Assembly (NCBI GenBank): GCA_024704765.1
Contig: JAKMXF010000266.1
Span: 248,001 to 312,000 of the forward strand
Length of the DNA stretch: 64,000 bases
Direction of reading: 5' to 3'
Source: Oopsacas minuta
Lineage: Eukaryota > Animalia > Porifera
Position numbers and translations under genes: made by a program. Positions 9,274-21,063 of this stretch are shown here, in pieces (position 1 is the stretch's first letter; every line of letters starts with the position of its first letter). The notes beneath the pieces were generated by a model. The model had not been told where the DNA came from and made no database searches. It saw nothing but the letters and a program-made list of their open reading frames with translations.

Positions 9274-10296
9274 TTAATGAGGCACCGGCACGCGAATAGA
9301 AATCAACTTGTAATCGTCTTTAGCCGGTGCAGTGGAGTATATTTGATAGGGCCAACTACGATATTGATCTACTTGTTCATTCTCAGAATCGAAACAAGCA
9401 AACGGTGCTGTCTCGCTTCTCTTCCTAATTGTACGTATTTGTAAAAGTCTGTCTATTGTTGCACAGCTTGGGTATTGTAGATTCTCCCCTGGATAACTAT
9501 TGCTTGTATAGGCGAATTCAGGGCTTGCACCTTTGATGAGATATTTACTATTGCAATCCTTGTTTGAACCATGTCTTGAAAGTTTCATGTGACTAGATTT
9601 TATCGGCTGTCCAAGTCTATCCCATTCTGCAGCTATCAATTCTTCAATGTCCTCACCTTGAAAATCTCCTGGTAGCAGTAATTGGAAGTTTGGAGCTGTT
9701 ATCTGCATCATAATGCTACGACCTGCTTTTGTCATTCCTAAATTAGCGCCTATATAACGAAATGTTACATTTTTACTGCCATTACAGATGGGAGGAGTTG
9801 CCCTGCATTCGCTTATACACGGTTTTTGCTCATTTACGAATTCTACTATATTTGAATGTGCAGTGATCCATCTCTTTATGTCAGAATCTGTGTAATCATC
9901 TGTCTTCCCAGCTAGAACGATGCGGGTTAACGACTTCGTGTTATTCAAATGGAAAACTTTAGGCAGGAAGTTGAAATGTTCTGGTGTTGGATGTGAGATC
10001 ACAATTGTTGTCACGTTATTAAATTTTTTCCTCAGATAAGAAGCTACCATTGATTCACTCCAGCCCAGTTTACCCGGCTTTCCCATATCAACTACAATTA
10101 CATCACCATTCGGGCAATTTATAATTGTTGAATCCCCATCTCCTAATGGTATCATTTCTATTTGGAGATCTTTTTCATGGTTATCCAACGTTTTTGATAG
10201 GTCATAAGAAGTTTGTCTTACTTCTACCGTTCTTTCAATACCGTATGTTAGCCTGAAAACAGTCAATAAGAGGATTCCAAATCTCAAAGTGTGCAT
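9274..10296 (-). CDS. Secreted ComEC/Rec2-like metallo-beta-lactamase-fold protein
   Basis: Signal peptide; LGDGDSTII.CP.G..IVVDMG, IVISHPTPEH, LLPGD, MKLSRHGS, SPEFAY.S match the ComEC MBL motif order (GQGD, DxG, HxxxDH, GD, HHGS). Intronless. Confidence 0.75.
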   Translation of the reverse strand: MHTLRFGILLLTVFRLTYGIERTVEVRQTSYDLSKTLDNHEKDLQIEMIPLGDGDSTIINCPNGDVIVVDMGKPGKLGWSESMVASYLRKKFNNVTTIVISHPTPEHFNFLPKVFHLNNTKSLTRIVLAGKTDDYTDSDIKRWITAHSNIVEFVNEQKPCISECRATPPICNGSKNVTFRYIGANLGMTKAGRSIMMQITAPNFQLLLPGDFQGEDIEELIAAEWDRLGQPIKSSHMKLSRHGSNKDCNSKYLIKGASPEFAYTSNSYPGENLQYPSCATIDRLLQIRTIRKRSETAPFACFDSENEQVDQYRSWPYQIYSTAPAKDDYKLISIRVPVPH

Positions 10297-10789
10297 TTTG
10301 TGTATTTACATGCTTACTGCTAACATCAATTTATACATTTCAGAAATTTGAGGAAGATGAACGGAAGAAATTTGGAAGGATTAAATGGTTAATAAACTTA
10401 CAGTGGAACTGTATTGTGATTCATTGAATTTCTTCCTTATTGAATGTTTTCAACCGCAAACTGTTATTTCCAGTTTATGCAATTCTATTGTGTTCCTATC
10501 TCATTTCTGACTGCCTAAATCCGGCTGTTAATTGCAGGTTTCTAAATATAATACTTTTCTTGATAATTGGGAGGATTGCTTTGGTTTCAAAACTTATTAA
10601 ATTTATCAAGAAGTCTGCTCCCCATCAATAGTGCCACCTAAAAATATTCTGTCGTCACAGATTGTAATTTTAGAATTTCTAATTTACAATAACTCAATTG
10701 AATTTTTTACGAGTTTACTAATCTATACTTTTAGGAAAGCTAGGCTGTAGTTGTTTAAATGTTTATTCTAATTACGTAGAAATCTAGAA

Positions 10790-12634
10790 ATGGCTAAGGT
10801 AGTTTGTTTGTTATTTCTTCTCTCTGCAATCTTCTCTTTCTCTCCTTCAAACTCTACCAATTCACCTTGTAATCCCTTATATATCGCTGCATTTAACATT
10901 CGGATATTCGGCGTAACCAAAGCGTCTAAGAGTGACGTCATGTCTGTTCTAGCCAACATTACCCTACGTTATGACGTTATGTTAGTACAAGAGATTCGAG
11001 ACAGTAGTATGACGGCTATATATCAACTCCTTAACCTTGTTAATTCGCGTGTAACTGATGGAGATGTGTACAACATTGAGATAAGTGAGAGAACAGGTAG
11101 AACTAGTTCTAAAGAGCAATACTGTTTCTTCTACAGAACATCTCGTGTCAGTGTAGTGAATACTCACCAGTATAATGATAGCGTTAATGACTACTTTGAG
11201 AGAGAACCATTTTCTGTTCTGTTTGAGCATAATTGTTCTATGTCTGTGTGTGAGAAGTTCTGGCTACAAGCAATACACACTAAGCCAACAGAGGCTATTT
11301 CAGAGATTAATTCTCTCTATCTATACAGTTTTCCTGCAACTAGTTCTGTATTTAACTCATCTCAAGGATTAGTGCTAGGAGATCTGAATGGAGATTGTTC
11401 TTATGTGAGTGATAGTGCTGCTCTTACACTTCAATTCGAACTGGATTCTAATTTCACTTTCCTATTTAGTAAAGGAGACATTGACACAACTCTATCTTCT
11501 ACACATTGTACTTATGATAACTTCGTTATACCCTCCAATATGGCACAGTTCATACCTACTGATTCACCCAAGATATTCGACTTTATGACATACTATGGCT
11601 TGACACAGGACTTTGCTGAAGATGTTAGTGACCATTACCCTATTGAATTGAGATTAGACCTGGAGAAATGTTCAGCTGCAACTACCATGGAGCCTACCAC
11701 TGATCCTGATCTCTTAATCAACAATTGTTCGATCTTAAGAATAGCTGCGTTTAACATTCGGATATTCGGCGTAACCAAAGCATCGAAGAGTGACGTCATG
11801 TCTGTCCTAGCCAACATTACCCTACGTTATGACGTTATGTTAGTACAAGAGATTCGAGACAGTAGTATGACGGCTATATATCAACTCCTTAACCTTGTTA
11901 ATTCGCGTGTAACTGATGGAGATGTGTACAACATTGAGATAAGTGAGAGAACAGGTAGAACTAGTTCTAAAGAGCAATACTGTTTCTTCTACAGAACATC
12001 TCGTGTCAGTGTAGTGAATACTCACCAGTATAATGATAGCGTTAATGACTACTTTGAGAGAGAACCATTTTCTGTTCTGTTTGAGCATAATTGTTCTATG
12101 TCTGTGTGTGAGAAGTTCTGGCTACAAGCAATACACACTAAGCCAACAGAGGCTATTTCAGAGATTAATTCTCTCTATCTATACAGTTTTCCTGCAACTA
12201 GTTCTGTATTTAACTCATCTCAAGGATTAGTGCTAGGAGATCTGAATGGAGATTGTTCTTATGTGAGTGATAGTGCTGCTCTTACACTTCAATTCGAACT
12301 GGATTCTAATTTCACTTTCCTATTTAATAAAGGAGACATTGACACAACTCTATCTTCTACACATTGTACTTATGATAACTTCGTTATACACAATGACCTT
12401 ATGATGTTCCTCATACCCGATTCAATTAAAGTATTCAACATTATGACGTCGTTTGGCCTCTCTCAAGACTTTGCTGCACAAGTAAGCGATCATCATCCGA
12501 TAGAACTTGAATTAGAGTTTAAATGTCAAGACAATATTCAAGTTATGAATACTACTAATAGCTTAGCTGAATTGAGTATGCTATTTACATTATTTATCTG
12601 TTTTACATTCTCTATCTTCTCAATTATTTGTTAA
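10790..12634 (+). CDS. Deoxyribonuclease I family protein with two tandem DNase I domains, signal peptide and hydrophobic C-terminus (probable GPI anchor)
   Basis: Each domain has AAFNIRIFG, VQEIRD, KEQY, REPF, IHTKP, GDLNGDC, DTT, C.YD and SDH(Y/H)P. Confidence 0.92.
   Translation: MAKVVCLLFLLSAIFSFSPSNSTNSPCNPLYIAAFNIRIFGVTKASKSDVMSVLANITLRYDVMLVQEIRDSSMTAIYQLLNLVNSRVTDGDVYNIEISERTGRTSSKEQYCFFYRTSRVSVVNTHQYNDSVNDYFEREPFSVLFEHNCSMSVCEKFWLQAIHTKPTEAISEINSLYLYSFPATSSVFNSSQGLVLGDLNGDCSYVSDSAALTLQFELDSNFTFLFSKGDIDTTLSSTHCTYDNFVIPSNMAQFIPTDSPKIFDFMTYYGLTQDFAEDVSDHYPIELRLDLEKCSAATTMEPTTDPDLLINNCSILRIAAFNIRIFGVTKASKSDVMSVLANITLRYDVMLVQEIRDSSMTAIYQLLNLVNSRVTDGDVYNIEISERTGRTSSKEQYCFFYRTSRVSVVNTHQYNDSVNDYFEREPFSVLFEHNCSMSVCEKFWLQAIHTKPTEAISEINSLYLYSFPATSSVFNSSQGLVLGDLNGDCSYVSDSAALTLQFELDSNFTFLFNKGDIDTTLSSTHCTYDNFVIHNDLMMFLIPDSIKVFNIMTSFGLSQDFAAQVSDHHPIELELEFKCQDNIQVMNTTNSLAELSMLFTLFICFTFSIFSIIC
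10886..12389 (+). repeat. Near-identical direct repeat, 10886-11531 and 11744-12389 (offset 858 bp)
   Basis: About 5 differences found in 646 bp: four synonymous at the 5' edge and one S/N change near the 3' edge. Confidence 0.95.
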
Positions 12635-13782
12635 AAATGATTTTACTAGGATGTTTAGTTTCATTTTGTAATACAGTAAAACCTTTTGGAAGTTCACATC
12701 CTGAGGCTGTTCATCTTTTAGAGTTTTACTATATATTAAACAATTAGTTTACTCTCAATAGTTCTATGAAACAAACACTCCTTTCCAAAATGTGAATTAG
12801 TAATTTGAAATAATTGAAAAGCATTGAGCAGGAATGACATACTTATCCTATTGCTCAATGCAAGATATTAATTATTATTGGAATTGTATAATTTCATATT
12901 TCCTATCTCATTTCCCAATATTTTCCTCAAAAACACAATATAAGCTTTTAACAAGTGATTTTGTCTACTACTCGAATCTTAATAACCTCCGTCAGTAGTA
13001 CAACAAAGCATTTTTGCAAAATTGATTATAAGGTATTTTTTTGGTTTAATTAGTAATTTAATCGCTTCCTATTCTATTTGTTGTTCATTTAAAATGGAAA
13101 TTAATCTCTTTATGAGATTAGCAGTAACACGATATTGTCTGTATAGTTGAGTAGGGAAGCTAGACTTAATTACCATTGTATCAAAAAGTTGATTTGAAAT
13201 TACCCTTCTCTTTTTATTGCAGATGCCTCTTTGTAAGATTTACATCGATTCTTTCTTGTTCTGAAATTTCTAGTTATGCACCTGGCCATAAGAACACCTA
13301 GAGACATTTTGGGTGGGCACGTGCTCACGTTGAAATTTGATCACGCAGATTCGCCTCACCATGGTACAAAACTATAGGTTAGGTTAAGTAGGCATAATTG
13401 AACTGTTCACTAAACTGTTCCCGGCCACTTTCATCCCAATACTAGCTTGTAGATGGGAACTTCAAAACTGCTGCCGAACTTTCCAGACAAGTCTGATAGT
13501 CGAATGAATTGACAAACTTCCACTAATAGCTTGTATTTGTTAACATCGTTTATGGCACTACTAATGACTTTAATTAATCCTTTACTAATTATTCTTTCGT
13601 ATTACTAAACCATTATTCTTTATTCAAGCTAAGTAACTGACTATGTGTATCAATCGGGCTGACATCAGTGCTTAAGAAGCTATGGTATTGCATAATATAC
13701 TGTTGTCTGTATATATATAGAAGACTGTAGTGTACAATGCATGAATTGCATCTTTACTGCATCAATATTATCACATTAAGAA

Positions 13783-16700
13783 ATGGATATGGAAATGGAT
13801 ACAATCATAGAAACTGGTGACGATCAACCAATACAAGAAAAGAGTCCAGATCATGTGAATAGTTAGTTAGTTACAGTAAAATCAAGGGTTTTCGTTACTG
13901 TTACAATTTTATAAATACTACTTCTTATAGTTGGAGATGGTGATTGTCTTATCCACATAAACTCAAGTACTGAATCATGTGATTTCAAGAATTCTTGTGA
14001 AGGTCTAATAGCAGAAGACAGTATAGAAGTTGAGAGACACAACAGACCTACAAAAATCGTCCTGTGTCAAGCAGAAAATGAAGAAAAGGGATGTCCAACA
14101 CCGATAAAAGCTCATAGACATCTTTTGAAGAATAAAGTTGGGATAACTGATGATGGTCAAAAGCGTATTGTTAAGCTAGTACGAGCATTTTACTATTTCC
14201 CAAAAGCCTTTTCTAGCTTTGCGCAGTTCGAAATAGTCCTTGCTAAATTATCTAGTAAACAGAATTTGTATACTGTATACTCGCTAAAGAATTTGGAAGG
14301 CGAACCTGTTGATGTCTCAAGGAATAAAGTAGTTGCTCTTACACCGAATATTTGGAAGTATGGGGTTAAAAACAAGCAGTTTGTGACTACAAACTTCATT
14401 AGTGATTTGATCAATGCAGATAGACCAGAATTGATAGAACTAGCTTATCTCCAGTTACCAATACTAGATGTATATCTGCCTAATCCATTCAATACAAGCG
14501 AAAAGAGAAAGTGAGTTATTGACTGTATTCGTAATAAGGAGAGTTCACACATTTTCTTTCGGATTTTATGCGTTTCAATCTAAGGCCAAACAAAATTAAT
14601 TAATACTAAGAGTACAAGACACATTTGAAATGGTCATATGTTTTTGAATTTCCTTAGTGAAATCTGTATTGAATGCAATTGAGTATTTTCACTGGGAATT
14701 GTTACATATGGATTGGATAGAGTGGCTTCTATATAGAATAATTGCGTAGCTGTAAATTTGCTCGAATTACATTATTAATTACGTAATAAATTCTCATTAT
14801 ATAAAATGTGATTTGTAGCAATTATATCAATTGATTATTTGCGAGAACTTAAATGTTACAAAATCGTGATTCGTTTGTGCTTTCTATATTTTCCATTATG
14901 TTTGCATTTATGATTATGCATATTTAGGAAACCGATTAGTCGGCATGAAGGAGTTTTGCATATGTGTGCACGAAACGGAAGCGCTCACTCGATGCGGTAT
15001 TTGTTGGAAATAACATCACCATATTTTCCACTATCCCTTCAGAGCAATTTATATTCTCGTGGCGACTCAATACTACAAGCTGCTATTGAATCTAACAGTA
15101 TTCAGGTTGTGGAGATTATTCTGAATCACATCACTAAGGCAGAGGAGGTAGTACCAGAGAAGAACAGACAACGTGGTTGTAAGTTTATAATATAAAAATA
15201 TAAAATACTGGAGGAATTTCCAGGGGTTTTAACCGCGTTTTCTTGGGGTGATTCTTCTTCGAAATTTCGTCTCAAGAAAACTCGAGCAAACCCTCTCCAT
15301 TCCATTCGTCTTCCCAAATATACTTGTATTTTCAATTTACGGGTAATACCTCTCATTTAGTCACCCGTGGGAAGCGTACAATTAGCAAAGATTCCAATAA
15401 CCAATCCATGGGTTCTAAAATCCAAATCATAAACCAGAAAAATGACTATACAGAGACATCACTTCATGTGTGTCTACGCAAGGAGAATCTTGATTGTCTT
15501 AATATGCTACTACGTAACAACGCTAATATTAGCATTGAAGACAAGTACGGTAACTCTGTAGTACACACAGCTGCATTAAGAAATAGGGATGATGCTCTGA
15601 AGGAAATGTTACATACAATGTTAGAGAAAGAGGAGGGTTTAAATGAATGGCAATCTGTATTGAAGAATTGTAATAAGAAAAGATTAATACCAGCTGCTCT
15701 AGCTACTGAGATACCTGTAGTTGAGGTAATTTATTCATACAATTAAGTATTGTGTGCGTATTTGATTTTGGTTTATTAATAGGTTCTCCTCGAAAGGGCT
15801 AATAAAGAGGGAGCGTATAACGACGAGTTGGGACGTTTACTGTTCTGGGCGGCAGGACGTAACAAGCTTGAGCTAGCTCGGTATTTGATTGGAGAAGGAG
15901 CAACTGTTAATGTTGAGAATGAAAACGGACAAACTCCTCTGAAGCTAGCTTGTGTGCGAGGTCATGTTGACTTAGCTGAGCTTATACTTGAGCACAACGA
16001 AGATCCAAATTACACAGGAGAAAACTCAAAACTCACTGCAATGAACTCAGCAGCCAGATCTGGTCACATTGACGTTGTTGAGTTACTCAGACGACATAAT
16101 GTTCATTTATGGGATCAAGGAGTTATGGAGACCAGTGCTCTGCATTCTGCTATAGCTGGCGGACAATCTCAACTCGCAGAGTAAGTCCATATTCTGTTAA
16201 TACAGTCAACTCCCGTTATATCGAAGCTCAATGGACCGCGATAATGACTTCGATAAAAGCCGAGTTCGCAATAACCGATTAAAAATATGTTGCTTTGACG
16301 GTTTGGGACTATATTTGTACAATTTCAGACTTCGATATAATGGGAATTGACTTGTATTATCAATGGTCTGTATTATTCAACTTTTGATTTATTTATGCTA
16401 CTTTAGGTTCTTGATTGAACAAGCTATGATGAACACAAATGCTCGTGACAAATGCGAAAGAACTCCTCTCTACTATGCGATAGAGGAGGGCCACCCTGAT
16501 TGTGTCAAGGTATTGTTAAGGAACCAAGCTGATCCAGAATTGGTCGTGGATGGAACTGGACAGAAAGCTGTGCATTTAGCTGTTGAGAATGATAAACGAC
16601 AGATTCTTAAAATTCTGTTGGATTTCGGTGCTCGGCCAGATGAAGCTACCCAAGAAGGAGTCACGCCCCTTCTACTTTCAATACGTAAAGATTATGCACA

Positions 16701-18816
16701 CATACTACAACTACTGTTATTATATAACATTAACATTGAGCGTGAAGATGAGGAGAACAATAATTTGATGCATTTAATAGCGATTAATAAATCCTCAAAA
16801 TGTGCAAATTTCCTTCTGAAAGAGCAAGACAACGCTAAAGCAAGACACATGATACTAAATCTTAACTATGATGATAAAACTCCAATTAACATTGCAAGAG
16901 ATAACCGTAGTCAGGAAGTGTTACAACTTTTCATACAGTATGTTCCAATTGATCTATTCGATAAGGATCCCTCCATCTTCCATGTTTTGTACAATGACAA
17001 GCAATATGATATTCTAAAGGTTGTGTTTAATCGCTTGTCTCGGCCGCTAGAAGAACGTCCTGATCTTGTAAGCTGTAACCCAAGTTTTCTAGACTCGAAT
17101 GAACAAGGTCAGAACCCATACTCTAAAACATTCAGCCATCTCTTGCCCTCGTTCATGCATAAACTGATAGATTGTCAAGATAACGAATTGAAAGAGCATC
17201 CATTGGTGAAAATTGCGGTTAAAAACAAGTTAAGGGTGTATAGAATATGGTATTTATTCACTTTTCTAGTATTCGCTGTATTCTTGGTTTCTCTAACTGT
17301 ATCGCTTATACTTTCTTCTTATGATTGTGAGACAGTCGTTCGATTCTCATTTGTCGAATTCGATCCAAATTCCAACAACTATGTGTTTGCCAACCAATTA
17401 CGAGCCATTCGTTTTGTGTGTGAGCTAATTGTCTTCGGCTACGGAATCAATTTATTCATCAACGAATTGGTGGAGTTCGTTCTCGTCTGGTCTCATCGTT
17501 ATAAAGATAAGAGTGTTCAATATAACAGGGACCGTGTTCATCAACCTCCTAAAAGATCTAAAGACCTAATAAACACTGATGAACTGATCGCTGAAAATTT
17601 ACGAGTACTAGTGAACACTTCGACTGTGCTAGACGGAGTGGATAGGAGGTTTTTCTATTTACCTGGGGCTTTCATCACCTACTTCCTAGATAATATTATC
17701 GATTTATCCGGCATCCTTTGTCTCACTCTACTCGTCATATTTCGTTATTTTAGGATTGGAAATGTTGATGTCAACCAATGGACATTTGCTGCTTTCGCCT
17801 TTATTATCTATACATTAACTCTATTCAAATACACCAAGATTATCCCATCATTGGGTTCTTATGTCGAGACTGTGCGCTATGTATTTATCCGCGACATACC
17901 TCGTTTCTTGGTCATATTAGGCATTGTAGTATTTGCTTTTATAGGTGGAATTCATCTTGCAGCACGCCAGCCCATCCCTCCGTCCGGTTTTGTGAACAAC
18001 TCTTACACCACAACTAACATACTTGGTGGTACAGATAATTGTCTTGTCAATGAGGATTTTGTTAATTTTACTCTTACTCGTTTGTTTTGGATCAATAACA
18101 TACTGACAGATACCTATGATCTTAGACGGCCCTTGTTGACTGGTTCCTTCTTTATTCTCGACTCAGGAGCTGAAGAAGTACAAAGTGATCTGTTGAATGT
18201 TAATTTTACATTCGTACTTTTGTATGCCTTGTTCGCTTTCGCAATCATTGTCGTTCTCTCCAATATTCTGATCGCTCAGCTCAGTCAAACTTACGCTGAA
18301 TTCAGCAAACAAAATGAATTCCATTACCAACTGCAGTTAGTGCTATCGATTGAGTTAGAGTCTAACATATCTTTCTTTTTGGGCAAATATTTCAGACGCT
18401 ATGCATTTGTCCGAGTAGTGAATGTCCCTTATAAAGAATGGGTAAACCTGGAAGATAACTCTGCTGGGAAAGATATAGAAAGGCGAATATCATTCATTGA
18501 GGAGAATTTACAGAAGAGTTTTAAGATTCTGTCACAAGAGAGTCATAAATCTTCTCAGAGGAAGGACACGCTAGATGCTATGGGAGAGAGATTAGGTGAT
18601 CTCGGTGGTAAAGTTGATGTAGTAAAAAGTTACCTAGAAGATCCTGTGCAACTTACACTCCCGCGTAGGAGAAGGTTTGCCGATGCTTCTCGTACTTCAA
18701 TGTCTGAATCCAGGTCTTACTCAGTTTCAGATTCCGGAAAGATGGAAGAGAGGATTAACGCATTAGACCTTAAGGTGACTCATATTGTTGAGCTTTTGGA
18801 GAAGTTAACTAATTGA
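13783..18816 (+). CDS. TRPA-like ankyrin-repeat cation channel; exons 13783-13861, 13931-14510, 14928-15178, 15361-15725, 15783-16180, 16407-18816
   Basis: Phase-compatible GT-AG junctions join the separate ORFs; many ankyrin repeats (TSLH, TPLKLAC, TPLYYA, TPLLLS), six hydrophobic helices, S6 SNILIAQLSQTY and a C-terminal coiled coil. Confidence 0.85.
16201..16356. mobile_element. TA-flanked MITE, family A (Tc1/mariner/pogo-like ends), in TRPA intron 5
   Basis: TACAGTCAACTCCCGTTATATCGAAG ... CTTCGATATAATGGGAATTGACTTGTA inverted termini. Confidence 0.8.
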
Positions 18817-19290
18817 ACCTACATTGTAATTATATTACCTTATTTGTTGTATTTTGCTCTTTTACTCTACTTTTATTTCTAGTCATATCCAGTAATGCAG
18901 GCTATATTTGATTTGTATAATTTGGCATGTTTTTATTATTTAAGCTTCTTAATATTTGAATATTTAATACGGGTTACAGCCATGATCATGAGTAAGTTCA
19001 AATTCAATTTGATTTCATGAATTCAGGATCTATTTGTCTATCCAAATTTTCTCCCATTCAGAAAGAGATTGAGCTTAAACATAATCTCGAATCAGTTAGA
19101 ACTCAAACCCATTGTTCAAATTTAATTAAAACACTTGCGAATGTATCACAGTTTGCCTTTGAAAATAAGACAATTAGTCAATTATCCTAACAACTACTAT
19201 CACGTATTGTTACATTATTGACCTTATTGTTAATTATATCAAATGTTACATCATTTCTCATAAATGCAAAGTTCTGTTATCAGAATCACA

Positions 19291-19380
19291 TGCTAACAAT
19301 CCATAATGATAACATCTCCATTCTAACAATCCATAATGATAACATCTCCATGCTAACAATCCATAATGATAACATCTCCA
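19291..19380. repeat. 30-bp minisatellite x3 (TGCTAACAATCCATAATGATAACATCTCCA)
   Basis: Three adjacent copies, one mismatch. Confidence 0.95.
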
Positions 19381-19523
19381 TTTTTGAATTTACAATTTAA
19401 TATATGGTTATAATTATCTGTTGCTCAGGTCGTTTAGACCATATAGATATGCTTAATGATCAAATAGGATAATATATTAAAACATATAAATAATTATTTG
19501 TTGATAATATTATAATTGTATTC

Positions 19524-20963
19524 ATGGAAATGAACCAAACTGATAAAAGATTGGATATTGCTGAGCCTGGTAGTGAGGCTAGGAAATTTGTCAAAGAACA
19601 TGGACGTAAAATTAAGCGTCGTTTTATCGCAGTTAGAATCTGCCTCACAATTATTCTCGTTGTTTGTATCGCTGCCATTTGGATAAGCTTGGTAAGTCCA
19701 CTTATAGTTAGTTACTTCGTAATGCCATCAACTGCTAATCTCTCCAGACCATTCTATGATCAACTTCATCAACTCTTCAATGGCAGCAATACTTCAGAAC
19801 TGATGTGTAATGACAATATGAATATTTCTAATTCAAGTTGTCCTCCTCAATACATATTTAAGTGTCCTATGTGTGTTCCAATTTGTGGGATGTGGCATCC
19901 ATTTGGAGATAGCTACTTCCAGGCTTTTAGAATCATCGCGATCAGTACGAGTATTATTGATCTTGTATTCGCAATTGTAGGTGCTTTGATATTTATTCGT
20001 GTTCCAGGCAGTTTGAAGTTCCCAAAAATCATATATTTTTTCCTGTTCGTTTCTATTATAATCCTGAGTATTTGTTTGACAATCGCAAATCTATTGGGGC
20101 CTCATACATTTTTCTGTGAACTTAGAAATGAAGATTATGATACTGTAGCTGCTTCGCCTTCTATTTGGGTTAGCATACTCGGTGCTATATCACATTATTC
20201 GTATATATCTTTCAATGTTTGTTTTCTAGTCGCTGCATTCAATCTTTTCATAATTATCTATTTCCCACACTGGCAGGTGGTTAGGTTTGACAAACCTAAG
20301 ATAATTCTAGCTTTTGTAGAATTTATAATCTGTATTTGTCTTCCAGCGATATTCCCAATAATACATCTGTCTATAACTCGTCATTATTCTTTCAGTCGAT
20401 TGCCGTTGTTGCCTTTTCCATTAGGAGATTCGTACACGCCGTTTATCATGGCTTTAGGTCCTTTGATGCTTTTCACAGGGGTAGCATTAACCTTGATAGT
20501 TCTCTCTATCTATCGTGTACAAATAATGAAGTATGTCGTATATAATAAAATGATTAGTTTTAAGAGCTATGAAATACGTCATATACTATTTGCTCTGCAA
20601 GTAGGATTCACAGTCACGTTCGTTTGTATTGCATTATCAGTCGATTTCGCGAATTTTGAAATATCTAACTTCCTTCTGTATGAATTCTGGTCTTGTACAA
20701 CTTTGAAATTCAATCCACATTTCCTCACAAACCAATCGCTTGCTCCAACAGAGTGCTCTGAATCCTATAAGGATTACATGAGTCCTATTTTAGCACTCTT
20801 TTCCAATGTTACTACAGGAATATCTGCTATTGAAATACTGGTAATATTGACTACTAAGGAGACATGGGATAGCTGGAAGAATTCATTCAAGCGTGTTTTC
20901 AAAACTTTGACTACAGTTTCGCATTACTCAGTTAGTACTGGACATGCAACATCAAGAAATTAA
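19524..20963 (+). CDS. Frizzled/Smoothened-like 7TM receptor with an extra N-terminal hydrophobic helix and no CRD
   Basis: Cys linker CPPQ..FKC.MCVPIC before TM1, LKFPKII after TM1, ECL1 Cys (FFCE), seven hydrophobic segments. Family assignment is by resemblance only. Confidence 0.6.
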   Translation: MEMNQTDKRLDIAEPGSEARKFVKEHGRKIKRRFIAVRICLTIILVVCIAAIWISLVSPLIVSYFVMPSTANLSRPFYDQLHQLFNGSNTSELMCNDNMNISNSSCPPQYIFKCPMCVPICGMWHPFGDSYFQAFRIIAISTSIIDLVFAIVGALIFIRVPGSLKFPKIIYFFLFVSIIILSICLTIANLLGPHTFFCELRNEDYDTVAASPSIWVSILGAISHYSYISFNVCFLVAAFNLFIIIYFPHWQVVRFDKPKIILAFVEFIICICLPAIFPIIHLSITRHYSFSRLPLLPFPLGDSYTPFIMALGPLMLFTGVALTLIVLSIYRVQIMKYVVYNKMISFKSYEIRHILFALQVGFTVTFVCIALSVDFANFEISNFLLYEFWSCTTLKFNPHFLTNQSLAPTECSESYKDYMSPILALFSNVTTGISAIEILVILTTKETWDSWKNSFKRVFKTLTTVSHYSVSTGHATSRN

Positions 20964-21063
20964 TAATTCATGTAATATGTAATTCATTTTATATAAATGC
21001 TCTTCTCTTGTACACAGTAATTTGCTTGGTATTTTACATATTAAATTACTATTAGTTAAATTC

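Noticed and set aside
13376-13390. Telomere-like TAGGTTAGGTTAAG
   Set aside because: Only about two imperfect units; expected by chance or as a transposon remnant.
12950-13570. Possible small minus-strand exons (for example VISSAINDVNKYKLLVEVCQFIRLSDLSGKFGSSFEVPIYKL)
   Set aside because: Open stretches are short; I could not join them into a consistent gene or recognise a domain. RNA-seq would be needed.
19291-19380. CRISPR-like array (also considered for the 204-bp units at 59690-61321)
   Set aside because: Repeats are contiguous with no unique spacers, there are no cas genes, and the long units are in-frame EGF coding sequence.
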